Assembly (NCBI RefSeq): GCF_001194135.2
Contig: NC_068994.1
Span: 24,657,595 to 24,693,613 of the forward strand
Reading direction: 5' to 3'
Source: Octopus bimaculoides
Lineage: Eukaryota
DNA: 36,019 nucleotides
The notes under the pieces were generated by a model that worked only from the letters and a program-made list of their open reading frames with translations, was not told the DNA's origin and did no database searches. A program made the position numbers and the translations under genes. The number at the start of each line of letters is the position of its first letter. The first letter of the stretch is position 1. Positions 21,427-33,044 of the stretch are shown here, in pieces.

Positions 21427-24400
21427 CATTATTCAGTTGATTTCAAGATTTCTTGCCAATAGAGAAAGAACCGGTTTCTAACCTAGATCTTGTAATTTTA
21501 ACATCAACAACAGGGTATTTTTGTTTGTATGTATGTATGTATGTGGAGATTTGTATGTTTCATATATGTATTCTCATGCATATAGTTGCATATCTAGACA
21601 TGCTCAAATATATTTAAAAAATAAATTTCTGGAAAGTTTTTTACTGATTTTTACAGTTCTAGTGATGGATTGGGTCTGTAGTATTCGAATTAGCTTTCGC
21701 CTTTCTGGTCCTGAGAAGCCCAATTTCTCAAGATTGGTATTTAGGCAGTGTGTTATATATCCCAGGGCCCCAATAATTACAGATATAAACCTGAACTTGT
21801 AATCTGGGTAGAGTAACTGCAGATTTCTCAAAAGTTCAGCATAGGTGTTCTCTTTTTCACTGATCTTCAGCTTTATGTTGNNNNNNNNNNNNNNNNNNNN
21901 NNNNNNNNNNNNNNNNNNNNNNNNNNNNNNNNNNNNNNNNNNNNNNNNNNNNNNNNNNNNNNNNNNNNNNNNNNNNNNNNNNNNNNNNNNNNNNNNNNNN
22001 NNNNNNNNNNNNNNNNNNNNNNNNNNNNNNNNNNNNNNNNNNNNNNNNNNNNNNNNNNNNNNNNNNNNNNNNNNNNNNNNNNNNNNNNNNNNNNNNNNNN
22101 NNNNNNNNNNNNNNNNNNNNNNNNNNNNNNNNNNNNNNNNNNNNNNNNNNNNNNNNNNNNNNNNNNNNNNNNNNNNNNNNNNNNNNNNNNNNNNNNNNNN
22201 NNNNNNNNNNNNNNNNNNNNNNNNNNNNNNNNNNNNNNNNNNNNNNNNNNNNNNNNNNNNNNNNNNNNNNNNNNNNNNNNNNNNNNNNNNNNNNNNNNNN
22301 NNNNNNNNNNNNNNNNNNNNNNNNNNNNNNNNNNNNNNNNNNNNNNNNNNNNNNNNNNNNNNNNNNNNNNNNNNNNNNNNNNNNNNNNNNNNNNNNNNNN
22401 NNNNNNNNNNNNNNNNNNNNNNNNNNNNNNNNNNNNNNNNNNNNNNNNNNNNNNNNNNNNNNNNNNNNNNNNNNNNNNNNNNNNNNNNNNNNNNNNNNNN
22501 NNNNNNNNNNNNNNNNNNNNNNNNNNNNNNNNNNNNNNNNNNNNNGTTGCTCAAGTAACTGCCTTCCATGTCTTATGATGTTATCAACCTCATGAATGCA
22601 AACTTGGTCAAGGGATGCACTTCGACACTTGGTGGATAAAAGATGTTGCGGAAGGGATATGATGCGACATTCAAAGGCATTTTGGCTCGATGTTAAGCCT
22701 CTGCCGCCTTGTTTACGCTTTAGGTGGAGGTGGTCTACATCACTGTCTATGTGGAAATTATGTGTGCTAGTTAGTATTTTTCGGGGTTTCACATCAATGG
22801 CTCGTTTCTCATCAAGCGTCCAATCAAGCAGCCCAAATGTTGGTATGGCACTGCAAACACATTGTGGGTCACTGTTTTATTGAATGCAAAGAGTTCTGAG
22901 GTCCAAATTTTATTTATTCAGCTGTAATATTCTTTAGTGACATGTGTTTTGTTACAGGTACCACTGTAAGATATATTTTCATCCACCCCTAGATACCTGT
23001 AACATTCTTAGTCAAATACAGGGTAAACAGACAAATCATTAATGGAGATGTTACTAGTCCAGTTTATAGTTTTCTCTTTTTTCACAACCATATAACATTT
23101 ATCCTAACCAAACTCCAATCCTACATTCTTTGAGAATGTTGTAACTAGGTCAAGGCTCTTTTTTATCTCATGCATATTTTTTGCATAAAGTTTCAAGTCA
23201 TCCACAAAGAAACAATGTGTAATTTTAGTATTTCTATTTCCTTGTGAACAAGTGAGATATCCTTCAGACTTCCTTAACATGAATGACAAAGGGGTTTACA
23301 GAAAGTATAAGCAACATAACAGAGAGGCTGCCCCTTGGAATAAGCCTTCGCGATACTGTATTCTATCAGTGATAACACATTCACTCTTTGTGTTTAATTT
23401 CAAGATGGTGGCCCACAATGAAGTCAGGTCAGCTATGGCTTTGACTATTCGCACTGGAACTTTAGCAATTTGAAAGGCTTCTAGCATCCATGAGTGGGGA
23501 ATAGAGTCAAAGGCTTTCTTGTAGTCTAGTCACATAGAAACTACGTTCTTCTTATGCTCTTGCACCTCTGACATCACAGTTTTGTTGGTTAACAATTGTT
23601 TGGTACATCCCCAGACTCCCTTCTTCCCAGCTGCTTGTTCTGCTGTGATAATGCTATTGATTTCACAATGGTCCTGAAGAAAGAGGTTTAAACATGCTGT
23701 ATATATTTTATACGTTAAGTTCTGGCATGCAATTGGCCAGTAGTTTTTTTGCCATGTGAGTGGTTCAGCATTGGGGGATAAATTTTGGATCTGCTGGAGC
23801 TAAGCAGTGTGATATGCTACCGTTCCCAATAAAAGCTTGCTGGTAAGATTGATAAGATATGCTCGGTAGAATGTTAGCTTCCTGTACCAATATCCAACAA
23901 TTAAGTCTCTTCCAGATGTTTTTCCATCCTAGAGTTTCTGGATCACAGTTGCAAGTGTTTCACCATCAATGTTGTATGTCTTGAGTGTAACACGAGACAA
24001 TAACTTCTTTGGATTTCTTCCAGCCACAGAGCATCTTTCCTCTTCACTCCAGATTTTCCTTCAGAATGAGTCTATGTCTTCTCATGAAAGAGCTTTTGTG
24101 ATGTTTACTGCTCCTCCTCTCATGTCTCTGTATACTACTGCTGCCTGGTTGCTGTTAAATTTTTTGTTTATTGTTCTTCTCTCGGTTATTCTCTTCTGAT
24201 GTCGGAGTTTTTCACTGGCAGCTTTTAGCTCCTGCTTGAGGATAATCAGTTTTCAAGTGAGTGTCCTCTTTTAGCTGTCTCCAAACATCATTTCTGTCTC
24301 CTTTTTTACTTTCTGTTGGTGGGGCGTATAGTGATTTGCTTGTTTGCATGCAATAAGCATCATAACATGACTGATGACCTTCTGTAAACCAATTATCTTT

Positions 24401-24780
24401 TTCTTTGTCTTCAAAACCCAAGACAGTACTTTCTTTGTTATTTTGGTTTTGTACTATTTTTCAGTATAGCCAGAGCATATAGACAGACGTTAATCCACTA
24501 GTATGCGGGTTCATCACACTGTTGTAAATACTCATCACCATTTTCGTTAGCAGCTTTTAATACCGTATCTAGTGGGTTTTTATTTACTTTGGTGGAGAAT
24601 ACTCTCTCCTTGAGAGAGTCCTTCAAAGCCAAAGTTATTTTTTCTCAGAAAATTTCAGTTAAGGGCACATTTCACTGGCATATAATCCTGACTACCACCA
24701 CTGCAATAATCGTTGTGGTTGTGTCTACTATTTACCATAGTCGTAGTAGGAGGACAGTGGTCAGTTACTTGAACCAGTAA
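21427..24780 (-). mobile_element. R4/Dong-clade non-LTR retrotransposon (RT plus restriction-like endonuclease), degenerate, with (TACA)n tail at 21406-21426
   Basis: LKQELKAASEKLRHQKRITERRTINKKFNSN; QLLVNQQTV; DYKKAFDSIPHSWMLEAFQI; YREGLFQG; HCFFVDDLKLYAKN; HIDSDVDHLHLKRKQGGRGL; EKENTYAELLRNLQLLYPDYKFRFISVIIGALG (RLE end). Part of the ORF is lost in the gap at 21881-22545. Confidence 0.88.
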
Positions 24781-25439
24781 TGTAGTTTGGCTGGCAGACA
24801 CTATGGAATCTGTTGGAATGTCGCTAGCTGCAAAACCACGTGGTGGTCATATATCATTCACGTTTTCGTTTTTGTTTATAGAGTTGGGAAGAAGGTTAAT
24901 TTTCGATTTCTTAATAAAAGTTACAGTTACTAACCTTCTTTCTATGTTCTATAAATGGGACCTTTTCAATCTCAGTCACAGATTTTTTAATTGACATTTT
25001 TTAACTAAACTTCGGATACTGGTTGAATGTGTCACGTAGGACACGGTTTACTCTTAACGTTTTTGACAAAATTTTGTATTTTAGAAGTTATTTCGTGTTA
25101 AAGTTGTCGTATTTGGGTAATTTCAACCAATCAATGACATGTATTCAGCTAAAGAAAGTTACTGCTGTTTGCATAAGTAATGGAAGAGCAACAACTTCCG
25201 GGTCATCGGGTCATGAAAGAGAGAGAGAGGTGGGAGAAAAGTATAAAAGATAAGAAAGTTGGGTGAGAAAGAACGGACAGAGTGGTGGTGTGTTGACGAT
25301 CTGAACGACAGCTTATATAAACTTACCAATCCCCTACCACTGCATATAAATTTATTAAACCCTCTCCTTTTCCTTGCTTCCATTCGGGTTTTATCAGCTT
25401 TACATATGAATGTGTGTGTGTGTATGTGTGTAACTAAGA

Positions 25440-25710
25440 AAAAATCTTATGAGACACTTTAAAAATGTAGGTTTATCTATCACACTTAATGACAACTGTG
25501 AAGTACTTAACTTCTTAGATGTTCGTTTAGATCTTACGACAGGTCACTTCAAGCCATTTCATAAGCCAAATCAGCATCTTGCTTATGCTAATCGCTTTTC
25601 GAACCACGCAAGAGTAGACATACATTCTATAGTAAACGGTATATCCTCCTGTATCTCAATGATATCTGCTAATCAAGGTATCTTTGACCATAACACTAGT
25701 GTTGTATCGT
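25440..25710 (+). mobile_element. Penelope-like RT fragment
   Basis: HFKNVGLSITLNDNCEVLNFLDVRLDLTTGHFKPFHKPNQHLAYANRFSNH...ISMISANQGIFD, homologous to 10700-10900. Confidence 0.85.
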
Positions 25711-26189
25711 GAAACTGTACAGTCCTTCCGGTAAAAAGTGGTAGTAGTAGCCAGCTATTATAAATAAACTGGTAGCTGATTAACAGGGGAAGGTTGAAAA
25801 GTCAAGGGTACGTGTAGACTGTGTTGATAGTCGTGTCTGTGCTGATAGTAATTATACTATCATACTGAGTGGACGTTATAACGATCCAATCTTTTGAGGA
25901 TAATAACACTGTACGACTGAGGGTCGTACAGTGCCAGATAGAAACATTCTATCGACGACTTTGGAATATAACAATATCTGTCAGAGTGACAACCGTCTTC
26001 AAAAGACAGATACAACAGTGGCTAGCTACTATAATAAAGCGCAAGCTAGGGAAAAAGTAACCTATTTCTCAAATGGCTATGATTTTCCTACCACTACTAA
26101 TCACACTAATTGATGTCTTATTTTATCTATACTAATTCTAGTAACACTAATAATATAGTTAGAAAAGGTTTAAATATAGACACTACTAC

Positions 26190-26192
26190 TAC

Positions 26193-26253
<61 letters not shown>
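26190..26253. repeat. (AGT)n microsatellite
   Basis: Direct tandem repeat. Confidence 0.95.
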
Positions 26254-26254
<1 letters not shown>

Positions 26255-26749
26255 TGGGGACATGTACTGTAACAGTAACACCATTTGTTGATTCCCTACT
26301 CCTGGCAAATGATGCCTGCCTTTGCACAACTCAGGCAACAACTCTCCAACTCACGGATCTGTTTGGATAGTTGTTATTGGGGTGGGGGTGGGGGGGTTAT
26401 GGTACGCAGATGAAACGCTGGATCTATTCTTTGACATGCTGGTCCCCACACATATAAACACTAGAAACATACAAAATCATACTTCAACTGCTGGAAGGAT
26501 TAAATTTCAACAACTAAATACTAATAGGTAGTCTAACAAAAATAATGACGGTAGTTACAATTATGTACTATCTAACTGTAATAGAGTTAATAATATTAAT
26601 AAAGGTTACCCCCACCCACGTGATATACTCAATGTAAGTGCAAATAGGTTCTTATTGCTTCAAAGAAGCATATAAAAACTAGACGATAATAAATTTAAAT
26701 AAAGGCTTGTTTGAGTCTAGAATGGAGCTAGTTGTTTCATTGTGAGACG

Positions 26750-27120
26750 AAGGTAAAAAAGACAAAGGAAAAAGTTGATGGGTGCTCAAAAGGTCAGTCT
26801 TCACCTCCTTATCACTTTATCATCTCTAAATGCTTTACTTCATTCTTCAGTCTGTTTAGAACTTTCTTCCTTATTATCTGACAGTTAAGATAAAGTAGTA
26901 ATTCACGGTCAACTTGAATGTTTCTTTACTTTTGTCAATTTTTTATATATGTATTTTGACTTTGTCAGTCACTAGATCTGTAGTTTGAGTTTTATCTGTA
27001 AACTACTGGGAATGACACATCACATTTGGCATGCATTATAACACTGAGTGAAATGTTGAGATAATATAACAAAGGACTTATTTAAACAATCACCTGAGAA
27101 GGCACATTTTATACCTTGAG
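26750..27120 (+). repeat. Second copy of the dispersed repeat at 3287-3680
   Basis: Reverse-complement alignment by eye; see 3287-3680. Confidence 0.7.
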
Positions 27121-27232
27121 TGAAGGATAATGATTACATCAATATCTCACTAATGTACTAAAAGTGTAAGAATGAGTCAAAACAATTGTTGTGATTTCTA
27201 AATAATGTCGTTAATTCCATTTTCTATCATTT

Positions 27233-27235
<3 letters not shown>

Positions 27236-27269
<34 letters not shown>

Positions 27270-27273
27270 AATG

Positions 27274-27356
<83 letters not shown>

Positions 27357-27390
27357 ATACATATATATGTATATATGTATATATATAAAA
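27236..27390. repeat. Compound (TG)n/(TA)n microsatellite
   Basis: Direct tandem repeats. Confidence 0.9.
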
Positions 27391-28177
27391 ATAAAAATAG
27401 AAAAATAAAAAAGGGGTTTGTATGATAGTGTATAGAGGAATATATTATTCAAAATAATTCCAACTCTGTCTGTATTTTGTTTTATTTATATTCTTATAAA
27501 ATTAATTTTATAAAAATATAAATAAAACATAAAAAACAGAGCTGGAATTCTTTTNNNNNNNNNNNNNNNNNNNNNNNNNNNNNNNNNNNNNNNNNNNNNN
27601 NNNNNNNNNNNNNNNNNNNNNNNNNNNNNNNNNNNNNNNNNNNNNNNNNNNNNNNNNNNNNNNNNNNNNNNNNNNNNNNNNNNNNNNNNNNNNNNNNNNN
27701 NNNNNNNNNNNNNNNNNNNNNNNNNNNNNNNNNNNNNNNNNNNNNNNNNNNNNNNNNNNNNNNNNNNNNNNNNNNNNNNNNNNNNNNNNNNNNNNNNNNN
27801 NNNNNNNNNNNNNNNNNNNNNNNNNNNNNNNNNNNNNNNNNNNNNNNNNNNNNNNNNNNNNNNNNNNNNNNNNNNNNNNNNNNNNNNNNNNNNNNNNNNN
27901 NNNNNNNNNNNNNNNNNNNNNNNNNNNNNNNNNNNNNNNNNNNNNNNNNNNNNNNATATATATATATATATATATACGTATATAACTATATTAAGGGAAC
28001 TATCTCCTACATGCTTGAAGATGCCGAGGCACTCAGATACTACTGATAAACTCCAAAATATACACAGGGTTGTAGTCAGGCGAGTGAAAAAAAATATTAA
28101 AACGAGTTATCTTTGATCTATACGTACCAAATATTTGTATGTGGACCTGTGAATCTGCTTTGTACAGGTATATGTAA

Positions 28178-30620
28178 TAGGGTAATGACTAAAAAAATTT
28201 TTGAAATTGAACATGGCCAGGGTGACTTGCTATGAGAAATGATGAGAAAACAGTAACTAGCTGTTCATTATTTTTAACTTTCAAAAACCTCCCCCACCAA
28301 CTGATATTTCTATTTTCATATGCATCACACTTGCATTGCCTTAGTCAAACTCACATTACGTTCGGCATTAGTGCTTCACACTATTTTATTAGATTTAAAG
28401 GAGTTTATGACTGAAGTTACTTCCTGACCAAATACCAATAACGATATATACAGTGGTAAAAGTTGTTTCACATCTTGAGTAGTATCATTTGTTGTTGAGA
28501 TAATCCCTGATGCATTATTCTTTCTATTACAGATATCAAAATATATTACCAGTGAAATAAAAACATCAATCATGTCATTTAAGCAGTCAAGTCAAACAAG
28601 AAGTGGCAAAAAATATAACTAACTTTGAAATGCCTGTTAAAAAGCGAAGAATAATACCGAATGTGGAACATGAGTTGACTGAACTAACTAGAATCCCCAG
28701 AAAATCCAGCATTATTAGAAAGTATAATGCATTAGCAAAAGTTAAAAAATCCAGACATGCAAGAAATCAGCTCATTGCTCAGGAACTAGAGAATCTATGG
28801 AAAAAATTTGATTTTCCGTGTATAACATTTAAGTCTATTGTAAGAAAAGTAAATACTCTGTTGACAAGGCATGATACCCATTTGAAACGTCCGAGACTAG
28901 GTGAAAACTTTGAAGATTTGTTTGTCGTTACTAATCAACATGGCAATTGGTTATCTAAAGAAGACAAAGACTTTTACAGTACACAAATTCAAAGTGGCGG
29001 TATAACATCTCGGTTAGCTATGGTTCATCCTTCAAAGTGAACACCTTCCTCGTCAAGAGTGTCAGCTTCAACTTCACAAGCTGAAGCAGGTAAAGTAACA
29101 TACCTAAAAAATTCTCAAATATTACACAAATTTTTTTGTATGCATTGATGACACTAATATGTTTCCAACTTCTTGCAGATACATCATCATCATCATCATC
29201 ATCATCATCAGAAACCCCTACTTCTGATTCTGCAAAGGAAATCACATTACCAATAGACAAACAAGTTGGCATCTCTATACAACAACATCACTCAACTCAG
29301 AAAGTAACGAACTTGCTGAAAAAAAAAAAAAAAAAAGAATTTAAGCAGTCATAAAGCAGCCAACGTCTGCAAACAGCTGAGAGAGGAAGGAGTACTTCTC
29401 CCCACTCCGTCAGAGTCAGGAGTGTATAAAGCTGCTATGAAAGAGGCCGCAAAGATGAAGCAGGAACTAAAAGAAACTGCAGAAACTTTAAAAAATTACC
29501 AGTGGGTGCTCTATGAAGGGTAAAGAAAGACAAGCTGTTGTAGTGAAAAACAACACAAGAGAAATTAGATTAGCAGCACTAACTCTGAAGACTGGCAGAG
29601 CAGATACCATTTTTCAAGGACTAAAGGAAGTTTTGGATGATTAAGAATTGTGGCCAGTAATCAAAATGATCATCACAGACACATGTAGTGTAAATACAGG
29701 AAAGCGTACTGGAGTGGCCATCCAACTGCAGAACGAATTTGCAAAGCGTGGATATCCTGTACCTCAACACATTGGTTGCCAGCATCATGTGTTAGGCCGC
29801 CTCCTAAAACATGTGATGGATGGAAAAACTGCATCACCAAATATATCATATCCGTTCAGAGACGATTTAATAAAAACAACTATGAGGATTTGGTGACAGA
29901 ATGGAAACAAGTCGAAGCAAAACTTGAAATGGATGATAAATCCAGGTTGGAGAGATGACCTTAAGTTTTTATTTGAACTTGGTCATGCTTTCCGATTTTA
30001 TCCGCAACAAAACATTTTCTCAGAAATAAAATTTAGAAAACTTCCTAGTCTTAGAAATGCTCATTGGAATTCACGAGCAATCTTGGCTATGCTCACATAA
30101 ATACTTCTACCACAAAGTAGAGAAAAGCTCTACGACGTGTGTTGTTTTATCAGCGAAAACTGGATGGAAATATGGCTTTGTGACCAAAAGTTTGACAGCA
30201 TGACCTACCAGAAACTTTCAGAAGCAGTTTCTGAATATACTAAAGCAAGCAAATGTTTGAAAGTTAATTGGAATCTCGAAGAATCAGTAATTCAAGATGT
30301 TCAGCGTTCAAACATATGAGCTGGACGGGCAGTAAAAATAATGGAGGAATTAGATTGTAGGTCTTCTGAAAAATTAAATCTGCAATTTGTTTTAACCAAC
30401 AAGGACCATTGAAAACTGCTGTTGTATTAGACTGCCCTTATTACATTAACAGTACATCTTATTACTTGAACACTTTTACAACGGTAAAAGTGTTGTCAAA
30501 TATATTGTCATCGATAGGGGAGTTTTTTGTGTCAAAGAAAGAAATGATTATGATTTTTTGTCATTATACCATAAAGTTCACCTTCTGGCCTTACTCGATT
30601 TGAAAAAAGTCATCACCCCA
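28178..30620 (+). mobile_element. Divergent hAT-superfamily-like DNA transposon with TAGGGT/ACCCCA termini and degenerate transposase (28603-30412)
   Basis: Inner TIRs TAGGGTAATGACT...TTTTTGAAATTGAACATGGCCAG versus reverse complement TGGGGTGATGACTTTTTTCAAATCGAGTAAGGCCAG. Flanks ATATGTAA/ATGTATAA (6/8 match). Protein motifs IKMIITDTCSVNTG (D), IGCQHHVL (CxxH), LPSLRNAHWNSRAIL (RWNS-like) and RSNI*AGRAVK (E position mutated). Confidence 0.75.
29184..29209. repeat. (CAT)n microsatellite inside the transposase
   Basis: Direct tandem repeat. Confidence 0.9.
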
Positions 30621-31489
30621 ATGTATAATTATTTGTATTTATATTTCTCATGTATTGTATTGATAAAGGAAAAAACCCTATTTTATGGCTTTAATCCAGG
30701 AACTGGACCCAATTCACAATTAACGTGAAGTCTTTTTAATATTTTTTTTCACTCGCCCGACCACAACCCTGTGTATATTTTGGAATTTTTCTGTAGTATC
30801 TAAGTGCCTCGGCATTTTCAAGCATGTAGGAGATATCAATTTAATGTATAAATTACCAATAAAATTTTATTGCATACTGTCTACCTAAAAAAGATCATTA
30901 TCGTGATTTTATCCTTCTATTCTATATATATATATATATATATATAACCGTCTAAGTGATAAAAATATCCGATTTACTACCGGTATAATTACCTATGTTA
31001 ACCCTGGGCATACATATGCAAGCATATTATACTCACAGGATACAGCCAATGACAAAGATAAACATGAGTTTATCAGGAATCAAATTTAAATTAAGCTGAA
31101 AATGGAGAAACCTTGATCAACAACAATTGACTACCATAGATTATCATTTTTTAATACAAGACTTTATCCCATCTAACAGCCGTTTTTGCTTCCAATGTTC
31201 TACGGTGTTGCCATTGAAAATTCTGAGAATAATATTCGTCATATTTTGTAAGACATCCGATCTGGAACATGGAGCTTCATCAGAGTGAAGGAAATACATA
31301 AAAGAAAAGAAGAAGGGCCTCGAGAAGAAGAATGAAGGCTTAATATATTTAAATCATACTATTTTGTAGTGTAACGCTTCAGGACGTTGAGCAAATGACT
31401 AAACTAGAAATATAAATTGGTGAGCTAATCTTTCTTTGGGAGTAACAGGGTGTATAAATAATAAAAAAGTAAAACAAATACTTTACCAT

Positions 31490-31870
31490 AACAGGATACA
31501 CCAATAGGTCTTGCATGTACTTGGTGACCCTGTCAGTGCAGGGACCACTTAAAAGAACCCAGTCCATGCTGTAAAGTGAGTGGTATTCGGAAGAGCATCC
31601 AGCTGTAAAAACCCTGCCAAAACTGACCTTGCTTGTGCTTGTGCCACGTAAAAATCACTACTCACCTCACCTGTGCTTGTGTCACATAAAAAAGCACTAA
31701 GTCCACTCTGCTGAGTGGTTGGTGTTAGGAAGGGCATCCAGCTGTAAAAACCCTGCCAAAACAGTTACAGAAGTCTGGTGCAGGCTTCGGCCTGGCCGGC
31801 TCTTGTGGTACCGTCCCACCCGCGGTAGCATGGAACACGGTCGTTAAATGATGATGATGAGATGATGATA
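31490..31870 (+). mobile_element. RTE-tail repeat copy with internal duplication and (GAT)n tail
   Basis: GCATCCAGCTGTAAAAACCCTGCCAAAAC occurs twice (near 31596 and 31734). It ends GTAGCATGGAACACGGTCGTTAAATGATGATGATG. Confidence 0.85.
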
Positions 31871-31893
31871 TGTATATATATATGTACGTATGT

Positions 31894-32005
<112 letters not shown>

Positions 32006-32090
32006 ATAAATGGATCCATACAGATGTTACGTACGTTTCCGTAAATGAACATCATTTATTTTATATTACATACAAAGTTATGCAATATAT

Positions 32091-32470
32091 AGGCGCAGGC
32101 GTGGCTATGAGGTAAGAAGTTTGTTTTCCAAGCACAAAGTTTCAGGTTCAGTTCTACTCAGTGGTACCTTGGGCAAGTGTTTTCGACTATAGCTCCGGGT
32201 TGACCAAAGCCTTGTGAATGATTTGGTAGGCAGAAACTGAAAGAAGCCCGTCGTGTATCAATATATATGTGCGTGTGCGCGACAACTGGTGTTGGTTTGT
32301 TTACGTCCCTGTAACTTAGCAGTTGAGTAAGACATCGATAAAATAGGTACCAGGCTTTAAAAACATAAATACTGGGGGTCGATTCGCTCGACTAAAACCT
32401 TTCAAGGCGGCGTCACAGCATGCCCGCAGTCGAATGACGAATGACCGAAGCAATTGAAAGGTAAAAGATA
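32091..32470 (+). mobile_element. Near full-length tRNA-derived CORE-type SINE
   Basis: A-box TGGCTATGAGG, B-box-like GGTTCAGTTC, CCTTGGGCAAGTG as in the MIR-type CORE domain, A-rich 3' end. Partial copies elsewhere in the window. Confidence 0.8.
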
Positions 32471-33044
32471 TGAAATATATGCGACATACGAAATGACATT
32501 GTCGTCCATTCACTTCCACAGACATCCTGATTTGAATCACAATGAACTTTTGTAATAAACCTGCGGTGCAGGTTAGATTTTCACCACTTCGTGGGCTGGT
32601 CAACAATATGCAAATTAACCAAATGTATCTAATTTTTCATCAACAAACTTTCTAGCATATTATCTGGCAGATAAGTCTTAAGTCAATTAAAGTAAAGATA
32701 AATCCGTAAAATATTTCATGTAGTTCAAAATATATAGCGCTCAGCGGTAATTCACTTGCTATTATGACCTGTCTGGCAACATTGGTCAGTTTAATAACCG
32801 AAACAGATTAAAATAATGTTGTATATTTATAGAAAATTTAGATAATTTAATAATCACACACATAGCACGAATATATACGATACATACATGATACAAAACC
32901 ACATTAAAATACAAATCCAAACCCGAAGAAAACACTAACATGAGTGAAGAAAAAAAATAAAAGAAAAAGAGAAGAAAGAGAAAGAAAGGAAAAAGAAACA
33001 TCAATTCAACACTAAGTGCTTCAAATGGTCGCACACCACGTGAT

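Larger units (their letters stand above)
27991..30844. mobile_element. MITE-like element with ~110 bp TIRs and TTAA at both ends (host of a nested hAT-like insertion)
   Basis: 28001-28100 TATCTCCTACATGCTTGAA.ATGCCGAGGCACT.AGATACTAC...CAGGGTTGT.GTC.GGCGAGTGAAAAAAAATATTAAAA is the reverse complement of 30735-30835. TTAA lies at 27991-27994 and 30841-30844. Confidence 0.8.

Noticed and set aside
26390-26720. Possible continuation of the PLE at 25440 (FFDMLVPTH, YCFKEAY...NLNK)
   Set aside because: Only weak, short resemblances that cannot be supported without alignment.
31240-31290. Minus-strand CUGAUGA-AGCUCC hammerhead start
   Set aside because: No GAAA and no helix III or I partner found downstream.
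32556-32576. Hairpin AACCTGC-GGT-GCAGGTT as a Helitron 3' signal
   Set aside because: No CTRR terminus at the expected distance. A 7-bp stem is expected by chance.
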